DNA of 64,000 nt from Thermoguttaceae bacterium. Its GTDB lineage: Bacteria; Planctomycetota; Planctomycetia; Pirellulales; Thermoguttaceae. The notes beneath the pieces are model-generated. The model was not told the DNA's origin. It was given only the letters and a program-made list of their open reading frames with translations, and ran no database searches. Positions 36,296 to 45,354 of the stretch are shown piece by piece (the first letter of the stretch is position 1; the number at the start of each line of letters is the position of its first letter). The translations under genes and the position numbers were made by a program. The DNA lies in contig JAFSDX010000034.1 of the NCBI GenBank assembly GCA_017436025.1, forward strand, positions 6,210-70,209, given 5' to 3'.

Positions 36296-37429
36296 ATGAC
36301 CTCTCAACAACGCGCCTTCAAAGGCTTCACCCTCGTCGAACTGTTGGTCGTTATCGCGATCATCGGTATCCTTATCGGTTTGCTTCTTCCGGCCGTCCAA
36401 GCCGCTCGCGAAGCCGCCCGCCGTATGCAATGCACGAACAACCTGAAACAACTCGGGTTGGCCGTCCAAAACTACCACGACGCGAACAACGCCCTCCCGG
36501 CCGCTCGCTCGAAGGTCGGCGCCTGCGAACTTTGGAGCGCCGAAACCAAAAACGGCACCCTCGCCGCCGGTTCGTTCGGCGCGGCCGTTCACCTCCTGCC
36601 TTACGTCGAACAAAGCGCCGTCTACGAAGCCGTTAAATCGTATTGCGACGCTTCCAAGAGCCCGCGTCTCCAATACGCTTGGGGCGGCAACGGTCTCGAC
36701 GCGAACTTCAAAAACTCCTGCCCGGCGATGTGCGCGGTCATCGACGCGTTCATCTGCCCGTCCGACGGCAACGCGACGCAACTCTCGACCGACGGGCACA
36801 ACACCGGTCGTCTTAACTATATGACGAGCCGCGGCGACTCCCTTTGGAACAACAACCGCCACGTTAACGACGAAAGTTCCGCCGCCGCGAAAACCGCTCA
36901 CCGCGGCGTCTTCCACGTCGGCGCGTTCCCGAATATGTCCGCCGTTACCGACGGCACCTCGAACACGATCGCTTGGTCCGAAACCGTTACCTACTCCGGT
37001 CAATCCGGTCTCCAAATCAAAGGGAACGTCGTTTCCCAACTCAAATCGATGTACAACGGCAACTCGAACGCCGGTCAATGCCTTGCGAAGAAAAACGGCA
37101 CGGAATTGGTCGCCGGCACCTCGACCGTCGGTTGGCGCGGTCAACGTTGGGCCGACGGTCGCGTGATGCCGTCCGGTTTCGTTACCGTTCTCCCGCCGAA
37201 CTCCCCGAGCTGCTCCTACGCCAACGACGACGGTTGGGGCGCCGCTTCCGCGCAATCGAACCACAGCGGCGGCGTCAACGCGGCGATGCTCGACGGTTCC
37301 GTCCGTTTCATTAGCGAAACGATCGACGCCGGCAACGCGTCCAACAACTGCGTCAGCAGCGGCAAATCCCCGTACGGCGTTTGGGGCGCGATGGGCTCCA
37401 TCAACGGCGGCGAAACCGTTACCCAATGA
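36296..37429 (+). CDS. DUF1559-type protein with a prepilin-type N-terminal cleavage/methylation domain
   Basis: [54 protein letters not shown], and C-terminal [22 protein letters not shown]. This is the classic planctomycetal DUF1559 architecture. Confidence 0.85.
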   Translation: MTSQQRAFKGFTLVELLVVIAIIGILIGLLLPAVQAAREAARRMQCTNNLKQLGLAVQNYHDANNALPAARSKVGACELWSAETKNGTLAAGSFGAAVHLLPYVEQSAVYEAVKSYCDASKSPRLQYAWGGNGLDANFKNSCPAMCAVIDAFICPSDGNATQLSTDGHNTGRLNYMTSRGDSLWNNNRHVNDESSAAAKTAHRGVFHVGAFPNMSAVTDGTSNTIAWSETVTYSGQSGLQIKGNVVSQLKSMYNGNSNAGQCLAKKNGTELVAGTSTVGWRGQRWADGRVMPSGFVTVLPPNSPSCSYANDDGWGAASAQSNHSGGVNAAMLDGSVRFISETIDAGNASNNCVSSGKSPYGVWGAMGSINGGETVTQ

Positions 37430-37549
37430 GTTTAGCGTTCGCGCTTAACTAAATTATACGGAAACGCGGTCTTTTCGGGCCGCGTTTTCTTCAATTTTAC
37501 CCCTTCCGCGTCCTTTTTCGCGACGCTTAAATATTAAAAGGAACAAAAA

Positions 37550-38038
37550 ATGAAAACGAAACAATTCTTCGCTCTCGCGCTCGCTTGCGTTTGCGCCGTC
37601 GCCGTCGGTTGCTCGAAGGGCCCGAAAAAACCGGCCGACCTCCCGGCTCTCAATCCGACGACCGTTACGGTCGTTTACGACGACGGAACGCCGGTCGACG
37701 GCGCGACCGTCATTCTGCTTCCGGCGGACGGCGGAAACTCGAAATGGAACCTCGCGGGCGTTACCGACGCGCAAGGGAAACTCGTTCTGAAAACGAACGG
37801 CAACTGGGACGGCGCGCCGGCCGGTTCCTACAAAGCGTCCGTTACCAAAGAAGTCGTCGTCGAAGCCGCCGAAGCCAACGCGGACGGTTCGCGCGACGTC
37901 GAAAGTTACACGCGTTACGTCGACCAAAAATTCAACTCGACCGAAACCTCCGGTTTGACCGCCGAAATTAAAGACGGCGGCAACCAAATTGAGTTGAAGG
38001 TCGGCGAAAAAACCAACGAAGCCCTCGAGTCCCTTTAA
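37550..38038 (+). CDS. Small lipoprotein (carboxypeptidase-regulatory-like beta-sandwich type that commonly follows DUF1559 genes)
   Basis: Lipobox LACVCAVAVGC. VTVVYDDGTPVDGATVILLP is typical of CarboxypepD_reg-like folds. Confidence 0.6.
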   Translation: MKTKQFFALALACVCAVAVGCSKGPKKPADLPALNPTTVTVVYDDGTPVDGATVILLPADGGNSKWNLAGVTDAQGKLVLKTNGNWDGAPAGSYKASVTKEVVVEAAEANADGSRDVESYTRYVDQKFNSTETSGLTAEIKDGGNQIELKVGEKTNEALESL

Positions 38039-38080
38039 TTGCGCGACGCGAAGCGGTTTCCGCGCCGTTAATCGACGCTA

Positions 38081-38128
38081 AAAGGAAAAAGTGCGAAACG
38101 CCGTTCGACGTTCCGCGCTTTTTCCTTT
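38081..38128. terminator. Hairpin terminator candidate between convergent genes
   Basis: 15-bp stem AAAGGAAAAAGTGCG / CGCGCTTTTTCCTTT with one G-U pair and an 18-nt loop. A T-rich sequence follows. Confidence 0.45.
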
Positions 38129-38407
38129 TCTTGTCGCCAGTTCTTCACCGATAAAAACGTCAAAATCGCGTCGACCGTCAAAACTAGCCTCGACGCCCCA
38201 AAAAAGGGCCGACGCTCTTTCGCTCCCGCCTTTCCGGCGTTTCTTCTCGCGGAGTCGACAAAAAAAAGCGCCGACGCAACCGCCGACGCTCTTTTCACTC
38301 CTTAACCTTCGGGCCTCTTCTCGTTTCGCCGACAAAAAAGCGCCGACCGTTCGCCGACGCTCTTCCGTTTTAGCGTTTTACTCGCTTTCGCGAAACCGCC
38401 GCCGAAA

Positions 38408-39211
38408 TTAATGCGGCTCTTTCGTTTTCGGGTAGCGACGCAAAATCTCGACGACGGCGTCCTTCAACTTGGCGTTCGTCGCGACGCCTTCGCGGCCGCG
38501 AATCGTCGCGTTCCCTTGCCAATCGCCGAAAAATCCGCCCGCTTCCTCCAAAATCGTCTTGAGCGGCGCGGCGTCCCAAATTTCGAAATAAGGGTCGATC
38601 ATAATCTGCGCTTTTCCGGTCGCGACGAGGTAATACCCGTACGCGTCGCCCCAAGTGCGGGTCAGCCAAACCTTGCCTTCGATCTCGTCGTAAGCGCCGT
38701 CGCGACCGACTTTATCGAAATCGAATGCGTCCGACGTCAAAAAGAGCGCGTCTTCGAGTCGGTCGACCGTTTCGTCGACGCGAGCGGGCGTCGGTTCGGA
38801 AACGTCGCCGAAACGCCAAGCGCCCTTTCCTTTTTCCGCCCAAATTCCGCGGCCGAGCGCCGGGAGCCAAAGGACGCCGACGACCGGCTCTCCGTCTTTT
38901 TCGATTCCGATCAGCGTCGAGTAAAGCGGAACGCCGGTAATGAACGACTTCGTTCCGTCGATCGGGTCGACGATCCAGCGATACCCGCTCGTCCCTTCCT
39001 TATCGTCGAACTCTTCGCCGAGAATCGCGTCTTCCGGGTAAAGCTCCGCGACGCGCCGTCGAACCAGCTCCTCCGCGCCGCGGTCGGCCAACGTTACCGG
39101 CGAACCGTCGCTTTTGCGCTCGACGCCCAAATCGTCCCGATTAAAATAACGCAACGTTAATTCGCCCGCTTCTTGCGCGAGCTTGACCGCGAATTCGCAA
39201 CGCTTTTCCAT
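38408..39211 (-). CDS. Inositol monophosphatase family protein (IMPase / histidinol-phosphatase-like)
   Basis: LGEEF ... WIVDPIDGTKSFITGVPLYSTLIG ... WDAAPL motifs. Confidence 0.8.
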   Translation of the reverse strand: MEKRCEFAVKLAQEAGELTLRYFNRDDLGVERKSDGSPVTLADRGAEELVRRRVAELYPEDAILGEEFDDKEGTSGYRWIVDPIDGTKSFITGVPLYSTLIGIEKDGEPVVGVLWLPALGRGIWAEKGKGAWRFGDVSEPTPARVDETVDRLEDALFLTSDAFDFDKVGRDGAYDEIEGKVWLTRTWGDAYGYYLVATGKAQIMIDPYFEIWDAAPLKTILEEAGGFFGDWQGNATIRGREGVATNAKLKDAVVEILRRYPKTKEPH

Positions 39212-39327
39212 TGCGGCGCGTCCCCTTTCGTTAATTTCGCTAAAATCGTTAAATCTTCGTTAATTCCCAAAGAAAAGAAACGGCGGAGCGTTTTCCCCTC
39301 CGCCGCTTCGGCGTCGACGCGTCGACG

Positions 39328-40269
39328 TTACTTTTGCCGCTTTTGGTATTCGCGGCTCGCTCGGCGGAGCGTTTCGCGTTCCACCTCGGTCAAACTCTCT
39401 TCGCCGGACTCGCTAATCTTCAAAAGGAGCCGGTCGACTTCCGCTTCCAACTTCTCAAACGCGATATCCTCGGCGGCTTTCTTCGCGGCGTCGCGGTTGA
39501 ACGGAACGGTCGCGGGCCCGGACGCGGCGTCTTTTCTCGCCCGTTCGCGCTTTTCGAGCCAACGTCGCAACGACTTGCGATCGCGCCCCTTCCCGACGGC
39601 CAACTCCGAAAAGTTGACGCCCGCCAAGTAGTAAACGAGCGCGAACGCGGCGCCCGCCAAGTGAACGTCGTGCGCGATGTTCCCGGCGCCGCTCCGAGCG
39701 CCGAGCGCGTCGTAAACGACGAAAAGCGCCCCCGCCAACCAAGCCGGAGTCGGTATAATCCCGAAAATCAGAATCTGCGCGCGCGGATAATAGAACGCAA
39801 AAAGCAAGACGACCGCCGAAATCGCGCCGGACGCCCCCAAGCAAACCGCGTTCGCGCCGACGTTTCCGACGCTCCAAACGACGCCGCCGACCAAAAGCGC
39901 CGCGAAGTAAAAGAACGCAAACTCGCCGCGTCCGAGCCGACGCTCGATCGGCGGCCCGAAAAAGAAGAGCGCGAGCATATTAAAGAGCAAGTGCGTCAGC
40001 CCGTTCGGGTCGTGCGCGAAGCCGTACGTCAGGCAGCGGTACCATTGCGCCGGTTGGTCGGCGACGACGCCGAAAAGCGCCATTTTGTTGAAAAGCGCGC
40101 CCCCCGCCGCCGAGTTCGCGAAGAAAAGCAGAACGTTCGCGGCGATCAATATCGCGCTCGCCGACCAACCCGCCGGAATCAACCCGCCGGAACCGTTCGA
40201 GCGTTTGCGACGCGGGCGGCGTCCGTCGTTATCGTCGTCGCGAAAATAATCGCGGTCGTAAATTCCCAT
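39328..40269 (-). CDS. Rhomboid-family intramembrane serine protease with a C-terminal cytoplasmic extension
   Basis: HLLFNMLALFFFG (HxxxN), GASGAISAVV (GxSG), and AHLAGAAFAL (catalytic His). I prefer the ATG at 40269 (MGIYDRDYF). The upstream part of the track ORF is Arg/Lys-rich junk. Confidence 0.8.
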   Translation of the reverse strand: MGIYDRDYFRDDDNDGRRPRRKRSNGSGGLIPAGWSASAILIAANVLLFFANSAAGGALFNKMALFGVVADQPAQWYRCLTYGFAHDPNGLTHLLFNMLALFFFGPPIERRLGRGEFAFFYFAALLVGGVVWSVGNVGANAVCLGASGAISAVVLLFAFYYPRAQILIFGIIPTPAWLAGALFVVYDALGARSGAGNIAHDVHLAGAAFALVYYLAGVNFSELAVGKGRDRKSLRRWLEKRERARKDAASGPATVPFNRDAAKKAAEDIAFEKLEAEVDRLLLKISESGEESLTEVERETLRRASREYQKRQK

Positions 40270-40599
40270 TTCAACCCCTATTTCTATCGCGCAACTCAAA
40301 ACGCTTTTCGCGCGAATTTCTTTCAAGCGTCTCCGCGACGCAATATTGTTCGACCAATCGTTTTTTCTTTTTCGCTTTAAGGCGGCGCTGGTCGCGTTCT
40401 CCGCTCTTTTCAAACGCCGCGTTTCATCGGCGCCGGTCGCGTTCTCCGCTTTTTTCGGACGCCACGTTCCTTTATTATATCGGAAAATTGAAAAAAATGA
40501 AGAGCCGCCCCCGCTTTCCCGACGCGCAGCGTTAAACGCGACTTTTTTTCCGCGTCGCCCGGTCGCCGTCCGCCCTTTTCCCGCCGCGTCGTTTTGTTC

Positions 40600-40634
40600 G
40601 TTAAATTCGACGCGACCGTCAAAACCGGCGCCGC
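40600..40634 (+). repeat. Intergenic repeat GTTAAAnTCGACGCGACCGTCAAAACCGGCGCCGC (copy 1)
   Basis: Near-identical to 44148-44191, which carries a 9-nt internal duplication. Core GACCGTCAAAAYCG-type partial copies (some degenerate) occur at 36003-36021, 38172-38185 and 48288-48297. Confidence 0.7.
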
Positions 40635-40712
40635 TCGCCGCCAAACGTTCGCTTTTTCGGCGTTTCGACGGCAAGAAATATCGACGTTTTCAAAAAAAGC
40701 GGAAAAAAGCGC

Positions 40713-40741
40713 TTGCAAATTGCGCTCGCTTCGGTCATAAT
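40713..40741 (+). promoter_or_regulatory. Sigma70-like promoter upstream of coaE
   Basis: TTGCAA (40713-40718), a 17-nt spacer, then CATAAT (40736-40741). It shares the 10-mer CTTGCAAATT with the promoter candidate at 16449. Confidence 0.5.
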
Positions 40742-40841
40742 GAAACGCGTTGAGAGAAAGTCGCGCCGCCGTTTCCGTCCGCCCGCTTTTCGCCGCCCGT
40801 CCGTTCGCCCCGCCGTCCCGCTTTTCCCCTTTATATTAATA

Positions 40842-41621
40842 ATGACAAAAGACCGCGCGCTCCTTTTCGCCGTCGTCGGAGGAATCGGCTCCGGCAAGAG
40901 TTTCGCGACCGCGGCGCTCCGAGCGTTCGGCTTCCCTTGTTTCGACGCGGACGTCGAAGCCCGCCGCCTTTTCGACGACCCGGCGATTCTCGACGCCCTC
41001 CGCGACCGTTGGGGCGCTTCGGTCGTTTCGCCGGACGGAACCGTCGACCGCCGCCGTTTGGCCGAAATCGTCTTCGCGCCGACCGACGAAGCGCGGGCCG
41101 AACTCGACTTTTTGAACCGAACGACGCGGCCGCCCCTTTTCGACCGCTTTCGCCGTTGGCTCGACGCCGTTCGCGCCTCCGACGCCGAGTTCGCCGTTCT
41201 CGACGCGCCGCTTTTGTTCGAAGTCGGTTGGGAGCGCGAAGTCGATTTCGTTATTTTCGTCGAAGCGTCCCGAGCGACCCGTTTGCGCCGCGTCGCCGAA
41301 CGCGGTTGGTCGCCGGAGGAACTCGACCGTCGGGAAGCGAACCAACTCCCGCTCGCCGTCAAACGGGAACGCGCCGATTTCGTTCTCGTCAACGACGACG
41401 CGCCCGCCGAAAACGCCGAAAACGCCGAAAACGCCGAAAACGCCGCCGAAAACGCCGCCCTAAACGTTAAAAACGCAGAAGTCGGCCCAAACGGCGAAAC
41501 CGGCAAAAACCGCCAAAGCGAACGCGCCGCCGCGACCGCCCCGTTTTCCGCCGCCGACGCGACGGCGCAAATCGCCCGCATCGTCGACGAAGCGCATCGA
41601 CGCCGCGACGCCCGACCTTAA
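40842..41621 (+). CDS. coaE: Dephospho-CoA kinase with a low-complexity C-terminal tail
   Basis: FAVVGGIGSGKSFATAALRAFGFPCFDADVEAR (P-loop plus DAD). The tail contains an AENAENAENAAENAA repeat. Confidence 0.8.
   Translation: MTKDRALLFAVVGGIGSGKSFATAALRAFGFPCFDADVEARRLFDDPAILDALRDRWGASVVSPDGTVDRRRLAEIVFAPTDEARAELDFLNRTTRPPLFDRFRRWLDAVRASDAEFAVLDAPLLFEVGWEREVDFVIFVEASRATRLRRVAERGWSPEELDRREANQLPLAVKRERADFVLVNDDAPAENAENAENAENAAENAALNVKNAEVGPNGETGKNRQSERAAATAPFSAADATAQIARIVDEAHRRRDARP
41406..41453 (+). repeat. 9-bp in-frame microsatellite (gccgaaaac) x4 plus one 12-bp variant
   Basis: gccgaaaac repeated at 41406, 41415, 41424 and 41433, then gccgccgaaaac. It encodes (AEN)n in the coaE tail. Confidence 0.85.
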
Positions 41622-41745
41622 ACCGGCCTCCTTTTCCAAAAATCCCGCCTATTTTAACGTTAACGTTTGTTTCGCGACGACGGCTCCGCGCCGAACCCGC
41701 CTTTTTATCCCGCCTCAACCGCCTTTTTTACCTATTTTAACAATA

Positions 41746-44136
41746 ATGAACCGCAACGACGACGCCTCTTCTCGCCCCCGCCCCCGCAAAACGGTCGACG
41801 AATTCCTCGACGAAATGGACGCTTGGGACAAAATCGCCGCCGGAATCGACGACGCCGAGTCCTTCGACTTCGACTCGAACGCCGAGTTCCCTTGGAGCGG
41901 TCGCGCGAAAAAATCGAACGAAAATCCCGACGACGCGCCCGCCCCCGCCGCTCCGCCGCAAAAACCGAGTCGCCCCGGCGCTTATCTCGTCGATTACGAC
42001 GACGCCGACAAGATCGACGAAGATTACGAGACCCGCGCTAAACGCCGAGAAAGAAGCGTTTGGAGCCGCGACGGAATCCGGCGCGACGACCGACGCTTCG
42101 GCGCCGACTCCGCCCCCGACGGCGGCGCTTACCGCGACGGATATTACCGCGACCGCGACCGTTATCGCGCTCCGTCGGAAAACGACGACGAACGCGACGG
42201 CGCCCGCTCCCGTTATTATCGGCAAGACGAACGCGGCCCCCGCGACGGCGCCGAACGTTTCGACCGCCGCGACGGGCGCCGTCCGCGCCAAGATTATCGC
42301 GACTACCGCCGAAACAACTATCGCGAAAACGGTTATCGCAACGAAAACCGCGACGATTACTCCGACGTCGGTTATCGCGGCGGAAACGATAAAGAACGCT
42401 ATTCCGCCGACGGTCGCCGCCCTTATTATCGCGACGGCAATCGTCAAAACGGAAATTATCGCGACGGCGGTTATCGCGAAAACGGTTATCGCGACGGAAA
42501 TTACCAAAACGGCGGCTATCGTCGCCAACCGCGACGCGATTATCGGAATCCGAACGGCGATTATCGGCAAGACTACCGCCCGAATTACCGCGACAATTAT
42601 CGACGCTTCGACGACGCCGGGCCCGGCTCCGACGGCGATTATTACTCGCCGCGCGGGCCTCGCCGCCGACGCGACTATTACGAGAACCTCGAACCGACCG
42701 TCGGCGCGCTCGGGAAGCGGGGCGAACCCCTTTCGTTGGCCGAAGAACTCGCGGCGCGACGCGGCAAACCGCGTTACGGAAACGGTTCCAACGTCGACGA
42801 AACGCCGAACGCCGATCTCGCTCGGGACGACGAACTCGAAAACGCGACCGAAGAGGAACGTCAAGAAATCGTCGAACTCGAACAAATGGACGCCCGCGAA
42901 CTCGTCGCCGAAGCGCGCCGTCAAAACTTGGAAACGATCGACGGCGAACGCCGCCGCGACCTCGTCGTCCGCGTCCTCCGCGCCCGCCTCCAAAAGAACG
43001 GCCTTATGTACGGCGAAGGAACGCTCGAAATCCTCCCGGACGAGTTCGGCTTCCTCCGGAGCGCAAGTTCGCGTTACCTTTCTTGCCCGGACGACATTTA
43101 TATTTCGCCGAGCCAAATTCGCCGGTTCGGTTTGCGCGACGGCTTGTCGATTTTCGGTCAAATTCGGCCCCCGAAGGAGCGCGAACGTTACTTCGCCCTG
43201 TTGCGCGTCGAAACGATCAACGACGAAGACCCGAACGCGCTCGCGTCGAAACCGCGTTTCGACGAGTTGACGCCCGCCCTTCCGACCGAACGCGTCGCCG
43301 CCGACGCGCCCGGCGCCGACCTCGACTCGCGCCTCTTCAACCTCCTCGCGCCCCTCGGATTCGGAAGCCGCGGTCTCCTCGTTAGCCCGCCGCGCGCCGG
43401 AAAAACGACCTTTATTCAAAAAACGGCGGAAGCGGTTCTCGCCGAGCGTCCGGACGCTTGCGTCTTCGTCGTTTTGATCGACGAACGCCCGGAAGAGCTG
43501 ATCGATATGGAACGTCGGCTCCGCGGCCCGCGTTGCGAAGTCGTCGGAACCACCTTCGACGAAACGGCGGCGCGACACGTTCAAGTCGCCGAAATCGCGT
43601 TGGAAAAGGCGAAGCGGATGGTCGAATACGGGCGCGACGTCGTCTTCTTCCTCGACTCGCTGACTCGGCTGACTCGCGCTTGGAACGTCGAAACCGCCGC
43701 CGCGGCCCTTACGCCTCCGACGCCGGGCGTCCTCGACCCGTCCGTCCTCCTTCGCGCGAAAAAATATTTCGGGTCGGCTCGCAACGTCGACGGCGAAGGT
43801 TCGCTGACGATTCTCGCGACGGCGCGCCTCGACGAAAACGGCGACTCCGACGCTCAACTCCTCGAAGAGTTTAAAGGCGCCGGAAATTGGGAAGTTTGGC
43901 TCGACCGTTCCCTCGCCGAAAAGCGCGTTTGGCCGGCGATCGACGTCGTCAAAAGCGGCGCGACTTGGGAAAATTCGGACGACGGCGACGCCGAAAAAGC
44001 GGAAAAAATCGCCGCGCTCCGCCGCCGTTTGACCGCGATGGAGCCGGGCGAAGCGATTCCATTTTTGCGCGACAAGTTGGCCGAAACGGCGACGAACGCC
44101 GAATTTCTCGCTTCGATCGACCCGCAAACGTTTTAA
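41746..44136 (+). CDS. rho: Transcription termination factor Rho with a ~375-aa low-complexity N-terminal extension
   Basis: Canonical core: EILPDEFGFLRS...YISPSQIRRFGLRDGLSIFGQIRPPKERERYFALLRVETIN; Walker A LVSPPRAGKTTFIQ; VVLIDERPEE; FLDSLTRLTRAWN. It is preceded by an R/D/Y/N/G-rich region. Confidence 0.9.
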   Translation: MNRNDDASSRPRPRKTVDEFLDEMDAWDKIAAGIDDAESFDFDSNAEFPWSGRAKKSNENPDDAPAPAAPPQKPSRPGAYLVDYDDADKIDEDYETRAKRRERSVWSRDGIRRDDRRFGADSAPDGGAYRDGYYRDRDRYRAPSENDDERDGARSRYYRQDERGPRDGAERFDRRDGRRPRQDYRDYRRNNYRENGYRNENRDDYSDVGYRGGNDKERYSADGRRPYYRDGNRQNGNYRDGGYRENGYRDGNYQNGGYRRQPRRDYRNPNGDYRQDYRPNYRDNYRRFDDAGPGSDGDYYSPRGPRRRRDYYENLEPTVGALGKRGEPLSLAEELAARRGKPRYGNGSNVDETPNADLARDDELENATEEERQEIVELEQMDARELVAEARRQNLETIDGERRRDLVVRVLRARLQKNGLMYGEGTLEILPDEFGFLRSASSRYLSCPDDIYISPSQIRRFGLRDGLSIFGQIRPPKERERYFALLRVETINDEDPNALASKPRFDELTPALPTERVAADAPGADLDSRLFNLLAPLGFGSRGLLVSPPRAGKTTFIQKTAEAVLAERPDACVFVVLIDERPEELIDMERRLRGPRCEVVGTTFDETAARHVQVAEIALEKAKRMVEYGRDVVFFLDSLTRLTRAWNVETAAAALTPPTPGVLDPSVLLRAKKYFGSARNVDGEGSLTILATARLDENGDSDAQLLEEFKGAGNWEVWLDRSLAEKRVWPAIDVVKSGATWENSDDGDAEKAEKIAALRRRLTAMEPGEAIPFLRDKLAETATNAEFLASIDPQTF

Positions 44137-44147
44137 CGACGCGACGC

Positions 44148-44191
44148 GTTAAAGTCGACGCGACCGGCGCGACCGTCAAAACCGGCGCCGC
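44148..44191 (+). repeat. Intergenic repeat GTTAAAGTCGACGCGACCGgcgcgaccgTCAAAACCGGCGCCGC (copy 2)
   Basis: Lies 12 nt after the rho stop codon. See copy 1. Confidence 0.7.
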
Positions 44192-44484
44192 GTCGTTCCG
44201 CGTCGACCAAATTTCGGCGACATAATCGATAAAATCGCTTCAAACGACGGCGCGTTCCCTTAGCGTCGGTCGTCGGGGCCCCTTGTCGCCCGCTCCGTTT
44301 CGGCTAAAATAAAGGAGACGGCGTTTCGACGGCGAACGCTTCCCCGTCGACGCGTCTCTCGTCCGGCTCGTCTCGCTTCGTTAACCGGTTCGAACCGAAC
44401 GACGCGTTCTCGCCCCGTCAAACTCCGCCGCGTTTCCCCTTTCCTCCCCCCTCAAAAACAGCTCGAAAAGAACGAAGAACCGAA

Positions 44485-45354
44485 ATGACCGAATACGAAG
44501 GATACGTCTGCGCGCCCGGCGACGCCGGTAAAATCGCGATCATCGTCGCCCGTTTCAATCAAACGATCACCGAAAAGCTCCTCGAAGGCGCGCTCGCGAA
44601 ACTCCGCGAACATATGGTCGCGGAAGACCAAATCTCGGTCGTTCGCGTCCCGGGTTGTTTTGAAATCCCGACGATCGCCGAGCGTTTCGCGAGCGACGAA
44701 GATTATATCGCCGTTATCTGCTTAGGTTGCGTCATTAAGGGCGAAACGTCGCACGACGAACACATCAACCGCGCCGTCAGCTCTCAGCTCGCTCGCATCG
44801 GCGCCGAATACGGGATTCCGGTCATTTTCGGCGTCCTCACCTGCAACACCGTCGAGCAAGCGTTGGCCCGCAGCGGTCAGCTCGAAGTTTCGAAAGATAA
44901 AGCGGTCGACGTTCAACCCGGCAACAAAGGCTCCGAAGCCGCCGAAGCCGCGCTCGAAATGATCGACCTCCTCGGCAAGCTCCCGGAACTCAAATACGAA
45001 GACGAAGACGACGATTTCGCCGCCGATTCGATCGAGCGCAACGCGGCCCGATACGCTCGCGGCGACTTCGAACCGGTCGACGTCAATCCGGACGACTTGA
45101 TCGAAATCGACGACGAAGACGAGGAGGACGGCGGCGATTGGTTCTTCCGCGGCGGCGACTTCGCCCGCAAGTCGGACGGCCCGTCCGGCAAGCGCGACGG
45201 CGGCGAACGTCGCGGCGGTTCCGGCGGCGGCAAACCGGCGAAAAAAGGCGGTTTCGGCGGCGGCAAACCGGCGAAAAAGGGCGGTTTCGGCGGCTCCAAA
45301 TCGGGCGGCAAAGACGGCGGCAAAAAGTTCGGCGGCAAGAAATTCGGCAAATAA
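44485..45354 (+). CDS. ribH: 6,7-dimethyl-8-ribityllumazine synthase with a ~120-aa acidic-then-basic C-terminal tail
   Basis: IAIIVARFNQTITEKLLEGA ... VVRVPGCFEIP ... VICLGCVIKGETSHDEHI ... GIPVIFGVLT ... GNKGSEAAEAALEM. Then ELKYEDEDDDF...IEIDDEDEEDGGDW, followed by GGKPAKKGGFGGGKPAKKGGFGGSKSGGKDGGKKFGGKKFGK. Confidence 0.85.
   Translation: MTEYEGYVCAPGDAGKIAIIVARFNQTITEKLLEGALAKLREHMVAEDQISVVRVPGCFEIPTIAERFASDEDYIAVICLGCVIKGETSHDEHINRAVSSQLARIGAEYGIPVIFGVLTCNTVEQALARSGQLEVSKDKAVDVQPGNKGSEAAEAALEMIDLLGKLPELKYEDEDDDFAADSIERNAARYARGDFEPVDVNPDDLIEIDDEDEEDGGDWFFRGGDFARKSDGPSGKRDGGERRGGSGGGKPAKKGGFGGGKPAKKGGFGGSKSGGKDGGKKFGGKKFGK
45226..45291 (+). repeat. 33-bp in-frame tandem duplication in the ribH tail
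   Basis: ggcggcaaaccggcgaaaaaaggcggtttcggc at 45226-45258 is repeated at 45259-45291 with one substitution. It encodes GGKPAKKGGFG twice. Confidence 0.85.

Noticed and set aside
41737-44127. 796-aa minus-strand ORF exactly antisense to rho
   Set aside because: The plus frame carries unmistakable Rho motifs. The antisense ORF is open only because of the GC-rich, stop-poor composition and has an abnormal V/A/R/G composition.
44137-44484. FMN (RFN) riboswitch upstream of ribH
   Set aside because: I looked for the conserved RFN cores (e.g. GGGCGGTGAAATTCC, CCGACAGT, AGTCTGGATG) and found none. The 348-nt spacer contains only the intergenic repeat and unremarkable sequence. An Infernal scan would settle it.
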